Source of the DNA: Chthoniobacteraceae bacterium
Lineage (GTDB): Bacteria > Verrucomicrobiota > Verrucomicrobiia > Chthoniobacterales > Chthoniobacteraceae
Direction: 5' to 3'
Assembly: GCA_031409335.1 (NCBI GenBank)
Contig: JANNWY010000193.1
Coordinates: 32,001 to 96,000 of the forward strand
DNA: 64,000 bases
Position 1 is the first letter of the stretch, and every line of letters begins with the position of its first letter. Shown piece by piece: positions 48,782 to 57,700 of this stretch. The translations under genes and the position numbers were made by a program. Below the pieces are notes generated by a model. The model did no database searches. It was not told where the DNA came from and worked only from the letters and a program-made list of their open reading frames with translations.

Positions 48782-49852
48782 TCATCCCGGCAATGCCACG
48801 ACATCCTCCGGCTCCACTGCTGCGCGGAGTTCCCGATCCGCGCTCGAATCCACGAAGCGCGGATTCAGCTCATAGATTTTCAGCGAATGCGCGCCGTTCA
48901 CGAAGCGGTATTGCGCCATCTCGCCAAGATACACGCGCTCCTGCAGCCTCCCGGAAACCACGTTCACCGCAGCTGCATCCACGCCGAGTTTCCAGCTCTC
49001 AGGGCGGATCGAAAGCATCGCCGCGTCACCCGCAGTTGGCTTCCAGCCTTCGCCGCCGATCACTGCCTCGAAAGCGCGCAGCGGCGTCTCCACCATCACC
49101 CGCCCGCCGTTCACGGACACCACGCGGCCTTCGAGAAAATTCGTCTCGCCCATGAAATCCGCGACGAATTTCGTGTGCGGCGCGCGATACACCTCCGCCG
49201 GTTTTCCGACCTGCCGGATGTGGCCGCCTTCCATGATCGCCAGCCGGTCCGCGATCGACAGCGCCTCTTTCTGATCATGCGTCACGTAAATGGCCGTCAG
49301 CCCCGACTCCTTGCAGACGCGTCGAATCTCCGTCCGCATTTCGAGGCGCAATTTCGTATCCAGATTGGAAAGCGGCTCATCGAGCAGCAGACAGCGCGGC
49401 CGAATCACTAGCGCCCGCGCCAGCGCCACCCGCTGCTGCTGACCGCCGGAAAGCTGGTTGATCTTTCGCTCCGCATACGCACCCATCTTCACCGAATCCA
49501 GCGCCTGCCCCACGCGCTTCGTGATTTCGACTGCCGCGACGCGCCGCTCTTCCAAGCCGAACGCCACATTTTTCCCCACCGTCATGTGCGGCCACAGCGC
49601 GTAGCTTTGGAACATCATGCCAGTGTTGCGTTCGTGCGGCGGGAGGCGCGTCACATCGTCCTCGCCGAAAAGGATGCGCCCGCTTTCGGGAATGTAAAAA
49701 CCCGCGATCGAGCGCAGCAGCGTCGTCTTTCCGCAGCCGCTCGGGCCGAGCAGGAAAAAGATTTCGCCCGGCTCGATGCGCAGGTCGATCGCATTGAGCG
49801 CCACGGTTTCGCCGAAGCGTTTGGTGAGTTTTTCGATGGTCAGCGAGATCAT
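48782..49852 (-). CDS. ABC transporter ATP-binding protein (PotA/AfuC-like)
   Basis: GPSGCGKTT, LSGGQQQRVALARAL, LLDEP, VTHDQ; TOBE-like C-terminus. Confidence 0.95.
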   Translation of the reverse strand: MISLTIEKLTKRFGETVALNAIDLRIEPGEIFFLLGPSGCGKTTLLRSIAGFYIPESGRILFGEDDVTRLPPHERNTGMMFQSYALWPHMTVGKNVAFGLEERRVAAVEITKRVGQALDSVKMGAYAERKINQLSGGQQQRVALARALVIRPRCLLLDEPLSNLDTKLRLEMRTEIRRVCKESGLTAIYVTHDQKEALSIADRLAIMEGGHIRQVGKPAEVYRAPHTKFVADFMGETNFLEGRVVSVNGGRVMVETPLRAFEAVIGGEGWKPTAGDAAMLSIRPESWKLGVDAAAVNVVSGRLQERVYLGEMAQYRFVNGAHSLKIYELNPRFVDSSADRELRAAVEPEDVVALPG

Positions 49853-49921
49853 GAATCGGACGGGCGTTAGCTAATGCCCGATCGCCTCGAAATGACCAAG
49901 CGCGAATGCGCTACGCCAGTC

Positions 49922-50017
49922 ATCCTGCTCCTGCTCCTGCTCCTGCTCTTGATCTTGATCTTGATCTTGATCTTGATCTCAATGCGACCGTCGGATGATC
50001 AGGATCAAGAGCAGGAT
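49922..50017. repeat. hexamer-tandem palindromic repeat (copy 3)
   Basis: ATCCTG-(CTCCTG)3-CTCTTG-(ATCTTG)4 ... GAT-CAGGAT-CAAGAG-CAGGAT. Confidence 0.85.
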
Positions 50018-50021
50018 TCGA

Positions 50022-50804
50022 TCAGACCACTTCGCCCACCGCAAACCGCGGGCTGATCTCGCGCTGAGTCGCGCAAAAAACTTCCAGCGCTGCCGCTCCC
50101 GCCCGCTCGCGCACCACGCCCACGGCGAGTTCCGGGCTGTTGCAGTCGCGGCTCAAATGCCCGAGCACCGCGCGCCGCAGGTTCGCGTTCAGCAGTTCCG
50201 CGATCACGTCCGCCGCCGCCGTATTCGAGAGATGGCCGTGCCGCGAGGTGATCCGCTGTTTCACCGACCACGGCCGTTTCGTGCAGTTTTGCAGCAGCTT
50301 TTCGCAGTGGTTCGCCTCGATCACCAGCGTCTGCGCGGCGCGCACGCGCTCATAGACGAGCTTCGTGGCAAAGCCCAAGTCGGTCAGCATTCCGAGCGCG
50401 TGATTTCCGCAGTGCAAAACGAATCCCACCGGATCGACCGCATCGTGCGGCACCGTGAAGGTCTGCACGGTGATGTCCTTGATCGTGAATTCGCTCCCGG
50501 TTTGGAACACGCGCCAGTCTTTCAGCAATGGCGCGGAGTCGCGGCGCAGCACCTCGGCGGTCAGCGAGTTTGCGTAGATCGGCGTTGCGAATTGCCTGCA
50601 CCACACCTTCAGCCCGCCGGTGTGATCGCCGTGCTCGTGGGTGAGCAGGATGCCGTCGATCTCGATCGGATTCACCCCGCACAGCGCGAGCCGCGCGACC
50701 ATCTGCCGCGCGCTCAAGCCGCCATCGATCAGCAGCCGCGTCTTCCCCGTCTCGACCAGCGCGCAATTTCCCGCGCTACCCGAGCCGAGGATGGTGACGT
50801 GCAT
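50022..50804 (-). CDS. MBL-fold metallo-hydrolase (YycJ/WalJ-like)
   Basis: LGSGSAGN, THEHGDH, HDAVDP, TDLG, EANH, GHLSN, HLS. Confidence 0.9.
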   Translation of the reverse strand: MHVTILGSGSAGNCALVETGKTRLLIDGGLSARQMVARLALCGVNPIEIDGILLTHEHGDHTGGLKVWCRQFATPIYANSLTAEVLRRDSAPLLKDWRVFQTGSEFTIKDITVQTFTVPHDAVDPVGFVLHCGNHALGMLTDLGFATKLVYERVRAAQTLVIEANHCEKLLQNCTKRPWSVKQRITSRHGHLSNTAAADVIAELLNANLRRAVLGHLSRDCNSPELAVGVVRERAGAAALEVFCATQREISPRFAVGEVV

Positions 50805-50834
50805 TGTGGAAACCGGTCGTCCGTCAGGACTGCC

Positions 50835-51467
50835 TCACGGCAGCACCTTCACCATGATATTCTTGAAATGCACTTCGCTCCCCGGATCGTGGCCTTGAAT
50901 GGCGAACGTGCCGCTGGAAATCAGCCGCGTCTTGAACTGCCCTTCGCGCTTCGCGTTTTCCTCCTCGGTGTAATCGATGATCACCTTGTCATTCACCATC
51001 GTGATCACACGCTTGCCTTCGACTTTGATCGTCATCGTGTACCACTCGTCGTCCTTCGCCGGGGCCGTGAAATTGTCCTTGATCCCGTAAAGGCCCGCGC
51101 CCTTTTTTGCATCGCCGTGGGTGTTGTTCACCTGCACTTCGTAGCCCTTCGCCGGCCAGCCATCCGGTTGAAACGCGGTGTGAAAATACACCCCGGAATT
51201 CGCCGACTTCTTTGCCATGATGTCCGCCTTGAATTCAAAATTCTTGAAGTCGTGATTTGCCACCGGCCCCACGTAAAAAAGATGCGCGCGATCCCCGCGC
51301 ACCACGATCTCGCCATCCTTCACCGAGAAAGTCTCGGGCTTCTCATTGGCCTTCCAGCCATCGAGGGATTTTCCGTCGAACAGTGAAACCCAGCCGTCTT
51401 TCGAGTCGGCGGCGAGGGTGGGGAGGATGAACGCAAAGGCGATCAGCGGGGAAAGGAATCGTTTCAT
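50835..51467 (-). CDS. DUF1080 (3-keto-disaccharide hydrolase family) secreted protein
   Basis: WVSLFDGKSLDGW, NSGVYF, GYEVQ, IQGHDPGSEVHFKNI. Confidence 0.92.
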   Translation of the reverse strand: MKRFLSPLIAFAFILPTLAADSKDGWVSLFDGKSLDGWKANEKPETFSVKDGEIVVRGDRAHLFYVGPVANHDFKNFEFKADIMAKKSANSGVYFHTAFQPDGWPAKGYEVQVNNTHGDAKKGAGLYGIKDNFTAPAKDDEWYTMTIKVEGKRVITMVNDKVIIDYTEEENAKREGQFKTRLISSGTFAIQGHDPGSEVHFKNIMVKVLP

Positions 51468-51767
51468 GTGGGGACGTTACCGGATGCGGCGCAGCGGGCG
51501 CAATGCCGAAGCCGCCATCGCCACACTTCTTCCGATCCGCCGCAAAATGACGAAAGGGAGGCTAGCTGGGGAGATTCCAATTGACTTCAATGACTGGAAT
51601 TCTAATTTCGCTAACTCGTTAGGAATCCATTCTCCTTCCCCCTGCATGTCGCTTTCCATCCACCCGTGGAAGTACAGTGTACCGCCACTCGACGGTTCAC
51701 ACGGCCCGATTTTCCACCGGGCGCAGGCAATTTTCACTCCCGCACCTCCAGCAACCCCACTCCACTT

Positions 51768-54700
51768 ATGAAACCCACGCACAACATCCGCAAAATTCTG
51801 ACCACAAGCATTGCTGCCGCGCTGGCCACGTTCAGCGTTCCGCATGAGGCTGATGCGGCTACCAGCACATGGGGTGTGAATAACGCCGGCAATTGGAGCA
51901 CCACCACTAACTGGGCGGGCGGCATCGTTGCCGACGGTGCCACATTCACGGCGAACTTCACTTTCGACATCAATGCCGACCGCATCGTGACGCTCGATAC
52001 GGCTCGCACCATCGGCAATCTGTTGTTCACCGACGCGAGCAACAACTACACGATCGCCGGGGCCAACGTCCTGACGCTGTCCACGGGCGGCAATTCCTCG
52101 ATCTCGATGACGAATGCCGGGCGGACGGCGCTGGTGAACGTCCCGCTCTCGGGCACGAACGGCATCATCCTGCCCACGACGAGTCTCGGCATTGTTTCAC
52201 TTGGCTCCAATGCCAGTGATTTCACCGGACCTTTGACCATTTCCAACGGCGCGACGCTGCAACTCGGCGCGGGCGCGGCGACGCTGGGTGCGGCGGGCGA
52301 TGCGTCGGCATCGACGACTTCGCTGGGCGCGGGCCTTGCGGGCAACGAAACCATCGTGCAGGCGGGCGGCGCGCTGAATATCAACGCGCAAAACACCGGC
52401 AATCTCGAAATCATCCGCATTGCCGGTTTCGGCAACGCGACCATCGCGGGTGCGGCGCTCGTGAACAACGGTGGCGGCCAGCTCAACGCGTTAAGCACGG
52501 TGGTGCTCACCGCCGACGCGGCCATCGGTGGGAGCGGCCGCTTCGACCTGCGCAACAATGCGCCGTTGCTGGATCTCGCCGGTTTCCGCCTCTCGAAAAT
52601 AGGCGCGAATCAGATCAGCGTCGTCGGTGGCACGATTACCGATGGCAACATTGATGTGAGCGTGGGCACCTTTTCCGTTGAGACAACTGCGCTCGTGCAG
52701 GGCACGCGCACGATCACGGTCAATTCGGGCGCCACGCTCGGACTCTGGACGAACACCGCCGGGCAGTTTACCCGCCAGCTCGTGCTCGCCGGTGGCAGCA
52801 TCAACGAACTCGGCAGCGGGTCGGCAACCTCGACCGTCAACAGCAACATCGTGCTCGCCAACACGACCAATGTCGTCGTCAACGCCGCCGCCACGGTCCT
52901 CACGCTCACGGGCAATATTACCCAAGTCGGCGGCAACCTCGGCCTGAACAAGACGGCAGCCGGCACGCTCGTGCTCGAAGGCGTCCAATCCTGGAGCGGG
53001 CCGCTCACGATCGCGAACTCGGGCGGGCAGGTGCGGCTTGGTGCCGCTGCGGCGCTTCAGACGCGCAACATTTCCATCGGCGACGCGGGTTCTTTCGATG
53101 CCTTGGCGGCGGGCGGCCATGCGCTCGGAGCGGGCGGCTCGCTAGTGGTGGGCAGCAGTGCCGCTGCGAATGATGTGATCGGCAATTTCAGCGCCGGGAC
53201 CGGGTCCACGATCACGGTCGGTGCGAATTTCGCGTCGCGGATCGCGACGTTTGCAAACGACCTGTCGATCGACAACACCACCTTGAACATGGATCTGGAC
53301 GCCTCCGGAGGCGACACGATCAATGTCGGCGGTGCCTTTTCGGCAACCGGGGTCAATGCGATCAATCTTCGTCCGGCGAACAATTCCGGGTTCTTCTCGC
53401 CACAGTACACGCTGGTCACCGCCACGGGCAGCCTCACCGCGACCCCGGCGAATTTCGCCATCGCGAACGCCGGAAATTTTCGCCAGACTTTCACCATCGA
53501 CACGACATCCGTGGTCGGCTCGGTGCTCCTGAATGTGGCTGGTTCCGCCGCTGCGCTGACGTGGACTGGCGGCGGCGCTGGCAACGCCTGGGACATCAAC
53601 ACCACCAGCAACTGGAGCAGCCCAGGCCCCGACAAGTTTTACGACACCGATGCCGTCACATTCAACGACCTCGGTTCGAACAGCCCTGCCGTGAACATCA
53701 AGTCCACGGTGACACCGGGCATTGTCACGGTGAACAATTCCACCCAGGACTACGTTTTCAGTGGAAAAGGCCGCATCACGGGGCCGGCGGAACTCGCCAA
53801 GCAGGGAACGGCCAGGCTGACAATGACCAACGACAACCACGATTTCAGCGGTGCCGTAAATGTCTCCGACGGCGGCACGATCAGTGGCGGTCTGCTCTCG
53901 AACAATGGCGTCGCGGGATCCTTTGGCACGGGAACGATCAACCTCGATCAGGGCTCCACTCTGGAATATTCGGGCGGCACCTTCACCTCGAACCGGACGA
54001 TCATTCTCAACGACAGCTTGGCCACGGGGGCCAATAATTCGGTCCGCGTGGCGGAGCCGCTTGCCGTGCTCAACCTGAGCACTTCGATCAGCGGGGCGAG
54101 CGGGCTGATTAAGAAGGGTCCCGGCATCCTGACTCTCGGCGCGGCCAATGTAGTGCAGAGTTTCTTCGGCAACATCACGATTGAAGAAGGCGTCCTGCGT
54201 CCGGCTACGAACGCCACACTGGGCGGGAAAACGATCTTTGTGAACCCCGGCGCGACCTTTGATCCGAATGGGCAGAATGGTGCGAGCACGGGCGGACGGC
54301 CGACCCTGAACATCGCGGGCACGGGCATGCCCGGCGCGGCGGCGATCTGGAATGGCGGTGCCGCGCAAACCAACACGCCGCTCTATGGCACGGTCAACCT
54401 CACCGCCAACGCCACGATCGGGAGTCCCGTCCGCTATGACCTCAACGGACCCGTCGCAACCGGCGGCATGAACTTCAATGCCGGCACTTTCGACCTTACT
54501 TTGGTGGGCACGGGTGAAAAGTGGTGGGCACCCAATGGCGGCGCGGTCCTGAACAGTGTCGTGGTCCGACATGGTCGCTTTGGCGTGCAACTGTCGGACA
54601 ACATGGCGTCCGATCCCAGCATCACGAACAGCGTGATCCGCGTGCTACCGGTCGGTGAATTGGCGACGTTTGGTGATGCGATCACGAACACGAAAGCCGT

Positions 54701-57700
54701 CCTCTTGAGTGGCGGCACGCTCGCCTCGACCGGTGGTGGGGCGGCGAACGGCCAATTCTGGCGCGGTGGCGTCACCCTGTCTGAGCACAGCTTTTTCGAC
54801 AACCGCGGCACGACGGCGGCGAACCAAATTACCATCGACAATCTCGATGTCTCCGTGGCCCCGCTCGTCCTCGGTGGAAAGACCTTGGAAAAGCTCGGTT
54901 CCTCCGGTCTCCTCATCCTCGCCAATAACTTTAACTCGGCGACCGGCACCGGCGCGGGATCGCTCCGCATTTACAATGGCAATGTCACGCTCCAGAGCGG
55001 CTTCATCATGGACGGCGCGGGCCAGGTGCGCATCCAGAATTTCGGCCAGCTCAATCTGAACAACAACGGCACCGCGCCCGTGCTCACCAAGGAGGTGAGA
55101 CTCGATGGCGGCACGCTGAACAACGCGGTGGGCAACAACAGCGCCGGAACAATCGTCGTCGGCGCGCATGGCCGCGTCTTCAACAGTGCGGCGGGCACCA
55201 CGCTTTCGCTCGGCAGCATCGCTGCGCCGACCGCGAGTGGAGTGCAATTTGGGACGACCGGCACCATCACCGTGCCGACCATCACGGTGAACGGCTCTCC
55301 CATCGTGGTCGGCGCGGGCAATCGCCTCGGCGTCAACTGGACCGCCGGTGCCACGCCCGCCACGACTGGCTTTGCCACGTGGAATGGCAGCGCCGTCGGC
55401 GTCCTCGCCACGACCGCGACAAATCCGACCGCACCCACGGTGGCGGACGATTCCTTCTACGACGCCGTTGCCGGCACCACGCTGGCTGGAAGCGCCACCA
55501 CCAACACACTCATCACTTCGCGCGATCTCATCATCCCCAGCGGTGCCCTGCTTACCGTCGCCAGCGGCGGCATCGTCATGCGCGGCAACGACCATTCCAT
55601 CAATACTCCCTCCCTCGGCACGGGCCGGCTCACGACTGGCGCGGCGGATGGCCGGCTCGTCATCAACGCCCCCGAGGCGATCGACGCCCGCGGCGCGCTG
55701 CACATCCGCGCGCAGATGGTGGATACGCCAGTGGGCGCGGGATTCCGGCTGATGACCGTGCAAAAGAACGGCCCTGGCGGTGCCACGCAATGGGGCACGG
55801 ACAACGGCGGCAACATGCTGAACAACCTCTATTCCGGCGGCACGATCATCAATTCCGGACGCGTCGTCCCGAACGGAACGCTCGCGCTCGGCACCGGCAG
55901 CGTGACGATCAATGACGGCGGCCAGCTCGGCACATTCAACCTGACGGGAGCCGCGTCCCAGGCCAGTTTTATCCATAACAACATCACTCTCACCGGACGC
56001 GGCGCGGGTGAAAACGCGGGCTACTTGGGTGCCATCCGCGTGGGAGCAAACTCGAACCTGTCCGGCAAAATCACCATCTCGGACGTGACCCGGATTCACA
56101 ACCAAAACGGACAGGGTGCCATTGCCGGAATCATTCAGGGCACCGGCACCTTGCAGCACACGGGAAACAACAACACCTGGCTGACCAATCCCGCGAGCAC
56201 CTTCAGCGGAATCAATGAATTCGGCTTCCGCGACCAGACGGGGCAGATCCAAATCCTCGTCAGCAAACTGGCGAACGGCGGGCTGCCTTCGAGCATCGGG
56301 ATGTCGTCCAGCGCCGCGTCTAACATCGTCTTCAACATCAACCCGATCCTGCGCTACGTCGGCAACGGCGACAGCACCGACCGCCTCTTCACGCTCGCGG
56401 GCGGCTTCAATATCAACGCCAATGTCAACACGACACCCGGCGCGATCATCGACGGCTCTGGCTATGGCGCGATCAACTTCACGAGCACTGGCAACATCGA
56501 ATTCGGACCCGGCAGCTTCCGCCAGCTCACCCTGCGCGCCAGCACGCTCAGCACCGGTGCCACAGTCGTCGGCGGCGTGCTGCCGCTGAACGTCTTCTCG
56601 CCAAATCTCGGCGATCCGGCGGATCACGGCTTCGGGCAGCTCCTGAAGGACGGCATCGGTCGCTGGGCGATCACGGCCAATCACACTTACAGCGGCACGA
56701 CTGCGGTGAATGACGGCATCCTCATCCTCGGCAATGGCGGCACCACCGGCATGTTTGGCAATGGGGCAGGGGGTCTCGGACCAAACACAGTCACCATGGC
56801 GAACAATGCCGCCGTCCATCTCAACCGCACTGACAGCTACACGATTCCGAATACCATCAATTCGAGCAACGCGAACGGGAACACCGAAATCGTGCAACTC
56901 ACCGGCAGCACCGTCTCCCTCGCCGGGCCGAACGACAATTCCAGCACCCGCGTCCGGGTGGAAAGTGGTGTGATCGAACTCGCGAAGAAAAGCACAACGG
57001 CCGTCCACGCCACGGCGCTGCTCGCCACTATCGGCAGCGGCGGCACGCTGCGTCTCGGCGGCTCCGGCGACGATCAGATTTTCGACGGCGCGACGAATGG
57101 CATCTGGACCACCGTGCAGATGAACGGCGGCGTTTTCGACATGAACGGACGGGATGAAGCGGTCTATCGCGTGGAAGGCAGCGGCACGATCTCCAACAGC
57201 GCCGCGGGCACGGCCAGCACGCTCACCCTCGGCGGCAATCTCGCCCTGCTCGGAGGCGTGGGCAATGGCTCCAGCCGCAACGGCGGCGGAGTCGGCGCCA
57301 CCATCGCCGACGGCGCGGGCACGGTCGCGCTCGCGAAGACCGGCACCGGCACGATCGCGATCATCGGCGGCAGCAACACCTATTCGGGCACCACGACCAT
57401 CAGCAACGGCATCCTCAGCATCGGCAACGGCGGCACCACTGGCGCGCTCAGCAGCAGTCCGGTGAGCATCGCCTCGCTCGGCGCGCTCGCGGTGAATCGC
57501 TCGAATGCCTTCACCGTCACCAACGCGCTCAGCGGCGGCGGCGGACTCATCCAGCAGGGCACCGGCACGACGACGGTAAATGCGCCGCTCGGCTACACCG
57601 GCCCGACCACGGTGAACGCGGGTCTTCTCGATGTGAACCTGACCGCCAGCAACAACGTCCTCCCCGCCGCGGGCCGGCTCGTCTTAAATGGCGGCTCCGC

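Noticed and set aside
49874..50056. Small ORF with poly-Leu/Ile 'TM helix'
   Set aside because: Translation artefact of the hexamer repeat.
51590..51767. Riboswitch in the leader of the giant surface protein
   Set aside because: Some pairing potential, but no consensus I can recognise. An Rfam scan is needed.
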